Shown here in pieces: positions 39,038 through 48,488 of a DNA stretch of 62,283 nucleotides. Location: sequence record PZ793367.1; one strand, 5' to 3'. This DNA comes from a phage. Position 1 is the stretch's first letter, and each line of letters begins with the position of its first letter. The notes beneath the pieces were generated by a model. It saw nothing but the letters and a program-made list of their open reading frames with translations. It was not told the DNA's origin and did not search any database. A program made the position numbers and the translations under genes.

Positions 39038-39067
39038 ATCATACACTCAACCAAAAACCGATTGCAA
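39038..39067 (-). promoter_or_regulatory. candidate sigma70 promoter (leftward): TTGCAA-18-TATGAT
   Basis: -35 at 39062-39067 (palindromic ATTGCAAT), -10 at 39038-39043, about 50 nt upstream of gene start 38984. Confidence 0.35.
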
Positions 39068-39090
39068 TACTTTTTTAAAAATTTTATTAT
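39062..39090 (+). promoter_or_regulatory. candidate sigma70 promoter (rightward): TTGCAA-17-TATTAT
   Basis: Shares the palindromic -35 with the leftward promoter; -10 at 39085-39090, upstream of helicase gene. Confidence 0.35.
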
Positions 39091-39125
39091 CCTCTTCATC
39101 AACACACATATAAGAGAACATCGAG

Positions 39126-40994
39126 ATGGCAAAACGTACCGCACGCCCCTATCAGGCGAAGGTTATCAATGAGTATTTCACCTGCTTGCACGCAGGCTAT
39201 AAGGCACCTGTCATCATAATGAGTACGGGCGCAGGTAAAACTTTTTGCTTCACCAGCATAGTTGAACAGATGGTTGCCGCTGGTCACATGTGTATTGTCT
39301 TCTGTCACCGTTCAGAACTGGTGCGTCAAATATCTGAAAGTCTGGCAACGCAGGAGTTACATCACGACTTTATATGCAGCGATAAAACTCGCGCGATCTG
39401 CGGTAACGTACAGCAGGCAAAGTTCGGGCGCACATTCTATCGTCCCGGCGCACCTATAATCGTGGCCTCTGTACAGACCGTCAACGCCAGACTTAAAGAA
39501 AGTCCGAAGTCTACCCCTCAGCGTAAAGCTATGCGCGAGGCCACGCTTCAGTTATTAAAGCGCTGCACCTTTGGTGTATTTGATGAGTCGCACCACCTGA
39601 CGCGCGACAATACCTTCGGTCGCCCTCTGCAATACATGAATCCTCAAGCACGCTATTTGCTGGTAACGGCAACACCGGAACGTGCCGACGGTAAAGGTAT
39701 GGGCGCGGTATCAATGCAGGGTAGTGGCATCGTCGACGTTGTGATCAAAGGGCCGGAAATGCGCTGGCTGATTGACCAGGGTAACTTGTGCGACTATAAA
39801 ATTTATGAGCCACCTACGGAACAGGCTGACTTTACTAAGGTGCGCGTGACGGCCAGCGGGGACTACAACCAGCACGACCAGGCGCGTGAAATGGATAAAG
39901 CTAAAATCACTGGCGATGTAGTGCGCCACTACCAGGAACTCATCAATGGAAAACTCACAATTGTATTTTGCTGTGACATCTCCCACGCTCAGTCTGTGGC
40001 CGACGCTTACCAGCGAGCAGGGATACCAGCCGCCGTACTCCACGGAGGTGATGATGAATCTACACGTTTCAAGACCCTCCAGGCTTTCGAGCGCCGTGAA
40101 ATACTCGTGCTCGTTACCGTTGATCTTGTCTCAGAAGGGTTCGACTTACCTGCAATTGAGGCAGCACAATTTCTGCGACGCACAATGTCTTTATCCTGGT
40201 TCATGCAAGCGTTCGGTCGTGTCCTGCGCCCGTCGCCCGGTAAAGATTATGCGATTATACTCGATCATGTGGGAAACTGGCGGGAGCATGGCCTTCCCGA
40301 TAAGCCCCGCGTCTGGTCAATGGCAGACCGAAAAGGCGGCAAGTCTTCGAGCAGCGATGATGACACAGTTCCGGTTACCCGTTGCCGTGTCCCTGTCGAC
40401 AAGTCCGGCAGGTTCACACCTGAGCAATGCGCCGTCATGTCAGCCGACGAGCAACTCAACAACGGAATCAGACCATGTGGATACATCTACGAAATCACCG
40501 AGCCACGCTGCCCCGATTGTGGGTGCCGACAGCCACTGGCCCCGCGAGGTGAACCCGTCATGGTTAAAGGTCAATTAGTAGAAGTGTCTGCGGAAGAACT
40601 GGCGAAGATGCGAGCGGGTGACGATTCCATCAGCGACCAGGCTGCTGTATGGCGTCAGGAGATTCAGGAAGATTTACTCAAACTGAAGATGTCACCAGAA
40701 GAATACGTTAGCCGGATGCACGTACCCGCTGTCGCTCATACTACACAGATTAATAATCATCGCCGCTGGCGTGCAATGCAGGCCACACTCAGACCATTGA
40801 TGGATGAATGGATGGAGTACCACCAGAAAGGTGACGTGCACAAGGAAGCCGCACAACAGCTTTTCTTAAACCGCTTCGGCATCAACGTCTACTATGCGCA
40901 GGTGCTGAAACCTAAAGAGTGTTTTGAACTGATTGAGAAAATCAAAGCACACCTCGAAGAGATTCATGCCAAAGGAGGCTTGACCTATGCGTAA
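39126..40994 (+). CDS. SF2 DNA helicase (DEAH/SNF2-like) with C-terminal zinc finger
   Basis: Walker A MSTGAGKT, DESHH box, CPDCGC finger. Confidence 0.8.
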   Translation: MAKRTARPYQAKVINEYFTCLHAGYKAPVIIMSTGAGKTFCFTSIVEQMVAAGHMCIVFCHRSELVRQISESLATQELHHDFICSDKTRAICGNVQQAKFGRTFYRPGAPIIVASVQTVNARLKESPKSTPQRKAMREATLQLLKRCTFGVFDESHHLTRDNTFGRPLQYMNPQARYLLVTATPERADGKGMGAVSMQGSGIVDVVIKGPEMRWLIDQGNLCDYKIYEPPTEQADFTKVRVTASGDYNQHDQAREMDKAKITGDVVRHYQELINGKLTIVFCCDISHAQSVADAYQRAGIPAAVLHGGDDESTRFKTLQAFERREILVLVTVDLVSEGFDLPAIEAAQFLRRTMSLSWFMQAFGRVLRPSPGKDYAIILDHVGNWREHGLPDKPRVWSMADRKGGKSSSSDDDTVPVTRCRVPVDKSGRFTPEQCAVMSADEQLNNGIRPCGYIYEITEPRCPDCGCRQPLAPRGEPVMVKGQLVEVSAEELAKMRAGDDSISDQAAVWRQEIQEDLLKLKMSPEEYVSRMHVPAVAHTTQINNHRRWRAMQATLRPLMDEWMEYHQKGDVHKEAAQQLFLNRFGINVYYAQVLKPKECFELIEKIKAHLEEIHAKGGLTYA

Positions 40995-41070
40995 ACTTTG
41001 GGAGTGGATATTTGTTACCACCGTCATCGTGTGTTTCGTGATTGATTTACTTTACGGCTTATAAATTTCT

Positions 41071-41098
41071 TTTCAAAGTATTTTAAATACTGTATGCT
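41071..41098 (+). promoter_or_regulatory. candidate sigma70 promoter TTTCAA-16-TATGCT with palindromic spacer
   Basis: Spacer AGTATTTTAAATACT is a near-palindrome; lies 25 nt upstream of GGAGG RBS. Confidence 0.3.
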
Positions 41099-41122
41099 CG
41101 GTTTCTCACTGGAGGAATTATC

Positions 41123-41533
41123 ATGTCACAAGCAGAGAAAAAGCTATTCGACCACAGCGCGATGAAGATGCAGCGCGAGTACAAAGGATTGTTGTATCGC
41201 AACAACTCCGGCGCATTGCCAGACCGCAACGGTACGCTCGTTCGCTTTGGACTCGGTAATGACTCCAAGCAACTCAACGAAGTATGGAAGTCACCCGACT
41301 CCATCGGCGGCACACCAATCACCATTACGCCTGATATGGTAGGTCGCACGTTTCTTGTGTTAACCGGATTCGAATTTAAGAAACCTGGCTGGCACATGAC
41401 ACCGGGAGACAAACGGGCGAAGGCCCAACACGCTTGCATCCTCGACTGGCGACAGGCAGGTGGTATAGCAGGCTTCGTAACCGACGTAACCCACATCGAC
41501 TACTACATTCAGGAATTTAAAAATGGCAAGTAA
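41123..41533 (+). CDS. VRR-NUC domain nuclease
   Basis: GTPITITPDMVGRTFLVLTGFEFKKPG and QHACILDWRQAGGIAGFV match the VRR-NUC PD-(D/E)xK pattern. Confidence 0.65.
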   Translation: MSQAEKKLFDHSAMKMQREYKGLLYRNNSGALPDRNGTLVRFGLGNDSKQLNEVWKSPDSIGGTPITITPDMVGRTFLVLTGFEFKKPGWHMTPGDKRAKAQHACILDWRQAGGIAGFVTDVTHIDYYIQEFKNGK

Positions 41534-41717
41534 TAAAGAGTTACACCCGAACAATCAGAAGCTGGCTGAACTTATTGAAGAATTTGGCTTTGAAAAAGTG
41601 ATGGCCGCTACCGGATACAAGATCAGCACGTTGGCGGTATACATGAAAGGCCATTGCGGTGTTATCCCTGACGCGCGCCTGAACATTGCTATCACGGTAC
41701 TGAACTCTAATAAATAA
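41523..41717 (+). CDS. small helix-turn-helix protein (tentative)
   Basis: 64 aa; AATGYKISTLAVYM HTH-like segment. Confidence 0.4.
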   Translation: MASNKELHPNNQKLAELIEEFGFEKVMAATGYKISTLAVYMKGHCGVIPDARLNIAITVLNSNK

Positions 41718-41726
41718 GGTTATCTC

Positions 41727-44147
41727 ATGACCTATAAGCCTGAACAGGCGCAGTTGTTTTATGCCGCGCTAACTGGAATGCAAAACCCGCCGCTCGTATG
41801 GCAGTGGTTCTGTGACTATGACAAAGACCGACGCGACCTGGCTGGCTGGGAATACGCGTACATGAATCCTGCAAAGCTGGCTGACATTCAGGCTCGCGGT
41901 TGCGGCGTGTTCACGTCTGTCAACGGTTCGACTACAGGCGGTCGTGGTAAGAATGACATCGACATCTTCCGTGCAGTGTTCATGGATAGTGATGGTGCTC
42001 CGTTCCCGGACCAGTGGCCTGTTCCGCCACACGCTATCGTCAAGCGCGACGACACGCATTATCACGCCTACTGGTTTATCGACGGTGACTGCTCCGCTAT
42101 GGAGTGGATGATCGCACAGAAGCAGATCGCTCTGCACTTCGGTAGCGACGAGTCAATGGTAAACCCTGACCGCGTTATGCGTGTACCGGGATTCCTCCAC
42201 CAGAAGTCACTGGACAACCGCGTTCTCTACGAACTGGCGGAACTCCACGCTGACATGCCACGCTACAAACTGCGCGACATTATCTCCCGCTTCACGTTGA
42301 CCGACGAGAAGATGATGAAGATGGGCGAGTGGGTACGCCAGCGTAGCGCTCAGTACGTGGGCGGGATGGATGACTTCGACGACAATGAGCACAACTGTAA
42401 ACAGTTCATCACCTACCTGAAGAACCGCGCCGAGCAATCCATCAGCGGCCAGGGTGGTAACCATGTGCTGTTTAAAACTGCCGCCGCCGGACGTGACTAT
42501 CAACTGTCGCCGCAGAAAACCTACGAGTTAATGATTGACTACTGGGACGCCAACAATGAACCGCCGTGGGGCGATGAGATGTGGCCGACCGTCCAGAACG
42601 TCTACAAGTACAGCCAGAATGGTGTAGGCGCACGCTCGTTTGCTGCACGTATCACTGAGCCTGCCGCTATGCTGCCGGGTATGTCACTGACTCCGGTTGA
42701 GCAGGCTATCTATATGCCGGAAGCGCCAGTCGTTGACGAGAAACAACAGATGGCTGAATCGGTAGCACGTCTGGCCGCCGCTATTGAGTCCGGCGACGAC
42801 AGCATGATGCAACCTGACGACATGGTTTACAGTTCCAACCATACGCGTAACGCCATGCTGTTCATGTGGCTGCATTGCCGCAAGGGTGAGTACCTTGTGG
42901 ATGACGGTATCATGTACCAGTTCAACGGTAAAATTTACGAAGCACAAGCGCCGGACTTTCTGAAGGTTAAGCTGGCTACCGAGATGCAACTCAGCTTCCC
43001 GTCTGAGTCAACCATCAACGGTACCGCCAACCTCATCAAGCTGTTGCTGGCACGCTCTGCTCCGTCCAAATGGCCTGAGTGGAAAGGTGATCCCGATAAG
43101 GATACATCCGGTTTGATTTGTTTCAACAACGGTATCCTGGATATTAACGAGAATCTCTGGTATGAGCACACGCACTTACTGCGTATTCGTACCATTCTCC
43201 CGTTTGATTATGACTACAAGGCCACTTGCCCTACGTGGGAAAACTTCCTGCGTGAAGTGTGGGGTAACAGTAAATACGAACCGCTGATTGAACAGTTACA
43301 GATGTGGTTTGGCTATATGCTTATGGATGATACCAGTCAACAGAAGATGCTCATCATGTCCGGTACCGGGGGCGCTGGTAAGTCGACCATCATGCGTACG
43401 CTTAACAAAATGGTAGGTGATTACAACTGCGCGTTCCCTAACCTGAACGGCTTAACTAAAGATTCGCAACTGGCCGCTTTATTCGATAAGCCTGTGGCAA
43501 TCCTGAACGACGTATCCGATCCGTCACCATCCAACGCTACAGCCGTGGTTGAACGTATTAAAGGTATCGTTGGTCAGGATAAATTAACAATTGACCGCAA
43601 ATACCTGACGTCGATTGAGGTCAGTTTCCGGTGCCGTCTGAACGTTACCTGCAACGCCTTCCCGCGTTTGTCGGAATCATCGAACGCTATGCTGCGTCGT
43701 GGTCTGTTCTTCACAACCAAGCGTTCGTTTGTCGGCAAGGAAGACATGACACTGGAACCTCGCATCGACAAAGAGATGACTGGTATCATCAACTGGGCGA
43801 TCGCAGGTATCAAAAAGTTACAGAAGATTGGCAAGCTGGAAAACCACCCTTGCATGAATGACGATATTGAAATCTTCCGCATGTTGACATCGCCGCTTGA
43901 AACGTTCGTACAGGATGCGCTGGTATACCGCGAGGATGCTTACATTACCATCCCTGATCTGTGCAAACGTTACAAAGCGTGGTGCACACTGAACGAAGGA
44001 TCGCGCATGTTCAGCAACCAGTCACTGATAAGTAAGATCGGTGTATTCCCCGGCTTGAGTCTGGCGAAACGTGGCCGCGACTATGTACTGGAAGGTGCTT
44101 ACCTCCGACCGGACGATGAACCAGACAACGGAGTGATTTACGAATGA
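41727..44147 (+). CDS. bifunctional primase-polymerase / SF3 helicase
   Basis: N-terminal prim-pol-like AVFMDSD and THYHAYWF; Walker A GTGGAGKST in C-terminal half. Confidence 0.8.
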   Translation: MTYKPEQAQLFYAALTGMQNPPLVWQWFCDYDKDRRDLAGWEYAYMNPAKLADIQARGCGVFTSVNGSTTGGRGKNDIDIFRAVFMDSDGAPFPDQWPVPPHAIVKRDDTHYHAYWFIDGDCSAMEWMIAQKQIALHFGSDESMVNPDRVMRVPGFLHQKSLDNRVLYELAELHADMPRYKLRDIISRFTLTDEKMMKMGEWVRQRSAQYVGGMDDFDDNEHNCKQFITYLKNRAEQSISGQGGNHVLFKTAAAGRDYQLSPQKTYELMIDYWDANNEPPWGDEMWPTVQNVYKYSQNGVGARSFAARITEPAAMLPGMSLTPVEQAIYMPEAPVVDEKQQMAESVARLAAAIESGDDSMMQPDDMVYSSNHTRNAMLFMWLHCRKGEYLVDDGIMYQFNGKIYEAQAPDFLKVKLATEMQLSFPSESTINGTANLIKLLLARSAPSKWPEWKGDPDKDTSGLICFNNGILDINENLWYEHTHLLRIRTILPFDYDYKATCPTWENFLREVWGNSKYEPLIEQLQMWFGYMLMDDTSQQKMLIMSGTGGAGKSTIMRTLNKMVGDYNCAFPNLNGLTKDSQLAALFDKPVAILNDVSDPSPSNATAVVERIKGIVGQDKLTIDRKYLTSIEVSFRCRLNVTCNAFPRLSESSNAMLRRGLFFTTKRSFVGKEDMTLEPRIDKEMTGIINWAIAGIKKLQKIGKLENHPCMNDDIEIFRMLTSPLETFVQDALVYREDAYITIPDLCKRYKAWCTLNEGSRMFSNQSLISKIGVFPGLSLAKRGRDYVLEGAYLRPDDEPDNGVIYE

Positions 44148-44638
44148 AACCTTTCTACGCAAGCAAGACACCAAAGGAGTTACGCGATTGCTGGGGTACG
44201 CCCCAGTGGTTGATTGACCGCCTGTCGCTGGAGTTTGATTTCGCAATCGACGCGGCGGCAGATGAGCACAACAGAAAGTTCCCCCTGTATTTCAAGCAGG
44301 GATTAGGCTTTAACTGGGCGGACTTCTGCCCGGAAGGTAAATGGGTATGGAACAACCCTCCGTTCTCCTTAGTGGACCCGTGGGTGGATCAGTGGATACA
44401 GTGCAGCGAATCGGACCGTGGCGTGGTGTCAATCGTCAACGCACAGACTGCCGCTCGCTGGTTTCACAAGGCGCTGGAGGCTTGCTCGGAGGCCAGGTTT
44501 AGCATCGGGCGTGTGGCCTTCATTCATCCCGTTACCGGAAAGCGTGTAGCCGGAAACAACCTGGGGCAAGTGCTGTTCGTGTTTGAACCGGGCAAGCTGG
44601 GCGAAAAAAGAATTGGCACTTTCAAAGGAACCAAGTAG
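44144..44638 (+). CDS. dam: Dam-like DNA N6-adenine methyltransferase (orphan)
   Basis: CWGTPQWLIDRL N-terminus and NPPFS catalytic motif; no restriction partner nearby. Confidence 0.75.
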   Translation: MKPFYASKTPKELRDCWGTPQWLIDRLSLEFDFAIDAAADEHNRKFPLYFKQGLGFNWADFCPEGKWVWNNPPFSLVDPWVDQWIQCSESDRGVVSIVNAQTAARWFHKALEACSEARFSIGRVAFIHPVTGKRVAGNNLGQVLFVFEPGKLGEKRIGTFKGTK

Positions 44639-44665
44639 AATGGATTACTTGACAAAGGAGGATGT

Positions 44666-44854
44666 ATGAAAATCACACCACTGAAGGAATGGATTGAAGG
44701 TCACCGCTCGTTAACGGCTGCGGCTGAAGTGCTCGACGTTCCAAAACAAAACCTGTCGTTTGCTTTGAACAAAGTGAAGGGCGCTACGTTTGTGCTGGAG
44801 GAAGACGACGGGACACTGCGGTTGTTACGTGAGGTTGCAAAAAGGGGCGCATAA
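44666..44854 (+). CDS. small helix-turn-helix protein (tentative)
   Basis: 62 aa; RSLTAAAEVLDVPKQNLSFAL HTH-like segment. Confidence 0.4.
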   Translation: MKITPLKEWIEGHRSLTAAAEVLDVPKQNLSFALNKVKGATFVLEEDDGTLRLLREVAKRGA

Positions 44855-44869
44855 GCGCCCTTAGTTTTT
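44843..44869. terminator. bidirectional rho-independent terminator
   Basis: AAAGGGGCGC-ATAA-GCGCCC followed by TTAGTTTTT; stop codon TAA lies in the loop. Confidence 0.65.
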
Positions 44870-45056
44870 ACAGTATCAGCAGGAATTGAATACAACCTAC
44901 ACCTATCCCTACACACAATCCCGTAAACGCTCCCCCGATTGCTCCAAGCATACGCTCACGCCAGGTGACGCTATCGAATGCATCAGCCAGGATATACAGT
45001 GCTACACTGAATGCCAGGCAGGCGAATGAAGCTAAGATGATGGTTATAGATAACAT
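44868..45056 (-). CDS. small membrane protein
   Basis: 62 aa, two hydrophobic segments. Confidence 0.4.
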   Translation of the reverse strand: MLSITIILASFACLAFSVALYILADAFDSVTWRERMLGAIGGAFTGLCVGIGVGCIQFLLIL

Positions 45057-45065
45057 AATTACCTC

Positions 45066-45317
45066 TCAGTGAAATGTCAGTTTGAGTTGTTCAAAGATTA
45101 CCGGATCATCAAGCTGAATCTCCAGTTCTTCATCATGCACCTGATACTCTTCGACATCACTCGCCGCCAGCACCAGTTGCACACCGTCAACCACACCCAG
45201 TACAGCAAACACTCCCTGACTGCGGTCACTGTTTACGATACTGAGCATGTCGCTCAGCACGTCTCCCAGCCCGTTTGGGTTAACGCAAAGGTCGATATGT
45301 TTAGGTTCATTTGACAT
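45066..45317 (-). CDS. hypothetical protein
   Basis: ATG at 45317 with AGGAGG RBS; longer ORF start rejected. Confidence 0.4.
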   Translation of the reverse strand: MSNEPKHIDLCVNPNGLGDVLSDMLSIVNSDRSQGVFAVLGVVDGVQLVLAASDVEEYQVHDEELEIQLDDPVIFEQLKLTFH

Positions 45318-45621
45318 GGCGGCTGGCCTCCTGTGCGTCAATGATTGCTTCGTTTGTGGCGACAATGAGATCCACCACATGCTTAGCGAGTACGGTCAGG
45401 TTCCCGTGTCGCGCTTGATTCACCACGTTGATCGCGGTGTTGGTATCCGTCATCATTTCCACGCCGTCAATCAGGTCGACGATGAATTTGTGGCGGTCGT
45501 ACTCCCGGTTAAAGCTGGCTATGTCCGGGTGGTTATCAAGATGAAAGCAGCAGTGATAACCCTTTGGTAAATTGGCAACACGATCACCTACTCGCGGCCC
45601 GTCGATTAAAAGGATGGTCAT
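45307..45621 (-). CDS. hypothetical protein
   Basis: 104-aa ORF in leftward operon. Confidence 0.5.
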   Translation of the reverse strand: MTILLIDGPRVGDRVANLPKGYHCCFHLDNHPDIASFNREYDRHKFIVDLIDGVEMMTDTNTAINVVNQARHGNLTVLAKHVVDLIVATNEAIIDAQEASRHVK

Positions 45622-45830
45622 ATAAAGCTCGCCTTAATTAGCGCGGCCTCCCGGTGGCCTCTGTGAATGGTAACGACTCCAGCCGTTTCAAGTTTCTTCA
45701 CCGCCTTGCGCACATGCTCTTTGTCGTAGCCGGTATAGGAGGCCAGTTCATCGAACGTTACAGGTGCGTCAGCCGATGCTATACAGCATAGCAGGTAACG
45801 ACCGAACACGTTAACCTTGTGTTGCGCCAT
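45618..45830 (-). CDS. winged-helix DNA-binding protein (tentative)
   Basis: FDELASYTGYDKEHVRKAVKKLETAGVV; internal ATG chosen to avoid 80-bp overlap. Confidence 0.45.
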   Translation of the reverse strand: MAQHKVNVFGRYLLCCIASADAPVTFDELASYTGYDKEHVRKAVKKLETAGVVTIHRGHREAALIKASFI

Positions 45831-45858
45831 CCGGTAGTCTTCGCCCGGTGTGAATACC

Positions 45859-46482
45859 TTAATTGCCACGGTAGTAAGCCTCCACAGTATCCGAGATTTC
45901 ACAGATTGCTTTGTGCAGCGTCCAGCCTTCGTGGTCATACGCCAGTTTAACCGCAGCGATCACGTCGTTGGCTTTGTTAAGTTTAGATTCCAGGTCAACA
46001 ACTCTGTCACCGAGACGGTTGGATTCTTTAATCATTTGTACAGCCTGACTGAACACAGCGGCAGTCGTTAAGCCTTTGTCACAGTCCAATACTACCCGCA
46101 GTTCTTCAACCCACTTGCGGAAATACTTCAGCGATTCATCATCCTGTCGGGCGTCGTTTTCCAGGTCGCGAATTTTTGATGTCATTCTACTCAAACGCTC
46201 ACCTTCTTCAGCCAGGGCTTTCCGCAGAGTGGTTTCAGTCTGTTTGGCTTTCTCCAGTGCGCGCTCATAGTCATACACCTGTTGATTTAATGACTTCAGG
46301 TTTTGCTTTAAGATCTCCACTTGCTTAAGAGCATCATTATACGCGTCGTTGCTCGGATAAATTACAGGTGCCGGGGCGTCAGCGTTACGCAGCTTGTTAG
46401 CCAGCGACTTGACGTTATTCATCGTCATACCTTCGGCGATCAGGACCAGTGCTTCATTAAAAGTAAGGGTGATAGTTTTCAT
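45859..46482 (-). CDS. coiled-coil protein
   Basis: 207 aa with long heptad-like Lys/Glu-rich region. Confidence 0.5.
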   Translation of the reverse strand: MKTITLTFNEALVLIAEGMTMNNVKSLANKLRNADAPAPVIYPSNDAYNDALKQVEILKQNLKSLNQQVYDYERALEKAKQTETTLRKALAEEGERLSRMTSKIRDLENDARQDDESLKYFRKWVEELRVVLDCDKGLTTAAVFSQAVQMIKESNRLGDRVVDLESKLNKANDVIAAVKLAYDHEGWTLHKAICEISDTVEAYYRGN

Positions 46483-46745
46483 TTAATACGCTCCACTTCG
46501 TAGGCAAATGCTGAGTAGGTGTTGGCCGCCAGCAGTCCGGCGGTCGGTGAGGCAGGTAATTTGAGTTTCTTCAATGCCAGGCGCACGACCATTACGCGCA
46601 ACCAGATCACGGCTTGCTCCTTATCAGGTGTGGTTTGAGTGATACGACGGTGATTGTCATCGACAACGTAGTAGCCAGCGGCTTCACGTTTGATGTGGTA
46701 GGTTGCTTCTGCTTCACGCAGGATATTGATTTGGAATCTGAACAT
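46479..46745 (-). CDS. hypothetical protein
   Basis: 88-aa ORF immediately downstream of promoter P3. Confidence 0.5.
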   Translation of the reverse strand: MFRFQINILREAEATYHIKREAAGYYVVDDNHRRITQTTPDKEQAVIWLRVMVVRLALKKLKLPASPTAGLLAANTYSAFAYEVERIK

Positions 46746-46780
46746 GACTATTTACCCCATTGCTCGTTAGCGATAGGGTA

Positions 46781-46809
46781 AATATAGGTTAGTTAAATCT
46801 GACTGTCAA
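46781..46809 (-). promoter_or_regulatory. sigma70-like promoter TTGACA-17-TATATT
   Basis: Perfect -35 at 46804-46809, -10 at 46781-46786, intergenic between phoH and the next gene. Confidence 0.5.
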
Positions 46810-46814
46810 TAGAT

Positions 46815-47510
46815 TTATTCGTAGGCTTCTAACGCGAGTCTACAAATATGTGATCTAACGCAATCATTTTTGTGGAAGAGAATACCCTGAACGTCATCAG
46901 AGTCCTGGAACCGTGCTAACGCATCGCTGAGTCCGTCCGGCACGCCCTTCGGTAAGTCGCACTGAGTGATGTCACCGTTAACGACCACGATGCAGTTGTC
47001 ACCGATACGCGTCAGGAAGAGTTTCATCTGCTTAGGTGTGACGTTCTGCGCTTCGTCGAGGATGATAAACGCATTGTCAAAGCTGCGGCCCCGCATGTAG
47101 GCGAACGGTGCAATCTCAATCTTGCCGTGCTCCATGCAGTATTTGAAATGCGTCTCGCCCAGGCGTTTAATCAGCGTGTCCTTAACCGGACGGAAGTACG
47201 GATCAAACTTCTCTGCCAGACCTCCCGGCAGGAAGCCCATGTCTTCGTCAGCATTGAGTACGGGACGTGTGACAACGATGCGTTCGACAATCTTATCGGT
47301 GAGATACTCCGCAGCTTTGCAGGCTGCAATAAACGTTTTACCGCACCCAGCCTCGCCGCTCGCAAATATAAGTGACTTAGTTCGGATGGCCTCAAGATAG
47401 GATTCCTGATTTACGGTGCGCGGTTCAATCGGCGATTTGTCTGCGCGGGTGACGGGGGAAGGGTTGGTGTTGAACTCTACAACTTCAGCGGTGTTGCGTT
47501 TCTTACTCAT
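46815..47510 (-). CDS. phoH: PhoH-like ATPase
   Basis: Walker A GEAGCGKTF and FIILDEAQN; ATG at 47510 with GAGGTG RBS. Confidence 0.8.
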   Translation of the reverse strand: MSKKRNTAEVVEFNTNPSPVTRADKSPIEPRTVNQESYLEAIRTKSLIFASGEAGCGKTFIAACKAAEYLTDKIVERIVVTRPVLNADEDMGFLPGGLAEKFDPYFRPVKDTLIKRLGETHFKYCMEHGKIEIAPFAYMRGRSFDNAFIILDEAQNVTPKQMKLFLTRIGDNCIVVVNGDITQCDLPKGVPDGLSDALARFQDSDDVQGILFHKNDCVRSHICRLALEAYE

Positions 47511-47529
47511 AGAGCACCTCGTTTGAGAG

Positions 47530-47547
47530 GGGCGCGGAATTGCGCCC
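47530..47547 (-). other. GC hairpin in phoH 5' leader
   Basis: GGGCGC-GGAATT-GCGCCC about 20 nt upstream of phoH start. Confidence 0.4.
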
Positions 47548-47555
47548 ATCATTTG

Positions 47556-47747
47556 CTACAGCCAGCCAGCGATTGCGCCCGGTAAGAAGGTGAAAATTCC
47601 TACGATGCGCATCACTACTTCGGCGGTGGTATCATCTGGATGGCCTCCACCAATATACGACAGGCAGTGCGCCAGATTCAAGAACCAGCCTGTGATGCCA
47701 GCCAGAATAACACCCCAAATTGCACCTATTGCAATGATACTTTTCAT
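47556..47747 (-). CDS. small membrane protein
   Basis: 63 aa, two hydrophobic segments. Confidence 0.4.
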   Translation of the reverse strand: MKSIIAIGAIWGVILAGITGWFLNLAHCLSYIGGGHPDDTTAEVVMRIVGIFTFLPGAIAGWL

Positions 47748-48229
47748 GCTTTTCTACTCCCCCGTGGCCGCGTGACGTGACGCGTGATGTTGTGCTGTTT
47801 GCACAGTTTATAAATGCGTGATGAAAACACCCCAATCACAGCAGCGTAATCGCTGGCGGTCATGGTTAGCATCGCTTTACGCAGATGATTGATGTCTACC
47901 TTCACGCCCTTCTCAGGACTTTTCCAGCCGTACTTCTTGCGCACCGTATCAAGCTGGCGCGGGAGGATTCCCAGCAGTTTGGCAGCTTCGACACGCGACT
48001 TACGCTCGACGATCATTTTGTTCATCGGCGTGTTTGCTACCGGTACCCGGTACCGCTCGATAGGTTGCCAGTTCTGCCAGACTACCCGATGTTTGTAACG
48101 ATGGTTGACACGCTGGACCGCCCGATATTTTCCTTTGTGCGTCACGACGCAGTAAGGTTTGTTGAGCACCGCAGACATACGTTCAGCCTGCTTGATGGCC
48201 TCGTCCAGAGTGTCACAGGTGATTGCCAT
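47744..48229 (-). CDS. putative DNA-binding protein
   Basis: 161 aa, basic, HTH-like EAAKLLGILPRQLDTVRK. Confidence 0.4.
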   Translation of the reverse strand: MAITCDTLDEAIKQAERMSAVLNKPYCVVTHKGKYRAVQRVNHRYKHRVVWQNWQPIERYRVPVANTPMNKMIVERKSRVEAAKLLGILPRQLDTVRKKYGWKSPEKGVKVDINHLRKAMLTMTASDYAAVIGVFSSRIYKLCKQHNITRHVTRPRGSRKA

Positions 48230-48420
48230 TAGCGACGCGCCTTACCACGACTACGGCCGGGGAGTGCACGAACTTCTAAAGGAATGATGCGAACACCTTT
48301 GCGGGTATAGCGCTTCGTGTACGTTACGATCTCGGTGCGCTGCGGTGGTGCCAGGTCACGCAGAGCAGCGGCGAAAGGTGTAGAGAAAGCGTTACCGAAC
48401 AGCATTTTAAATAAGCTCAT
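48229..48420 (-). CDS. hypothetical basic protein
   Basis: 63 aa, AGGAAAA RBS, downstream of promoter P4. Confidence 0.4.
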   Translation of the reverse strand: MSLFKMLFGNAFSTPFAAALRDLAPPQRTEIVTYTKRYTRKGVRIIPLEVRALPGRSRGKARR

Positions 48421-48455
48421 ATTGATTTTCCTATTGTCGCGTTTGTAGAATAATG

Positions 48456-48484
48456 AATTTAGTATAGTCGTCCCTGACTGTCAA
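48456..48484 (-). promoter_or_regulatory. sigma70-like promoter TTGACA-17-TAAATT
   Basis: -35 at 48479-48484; spacer GTCAGGGACG conserved with promoter at 61016-61044. Confidence 0.4.
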
Positions 48485-48488
48485 GTAA

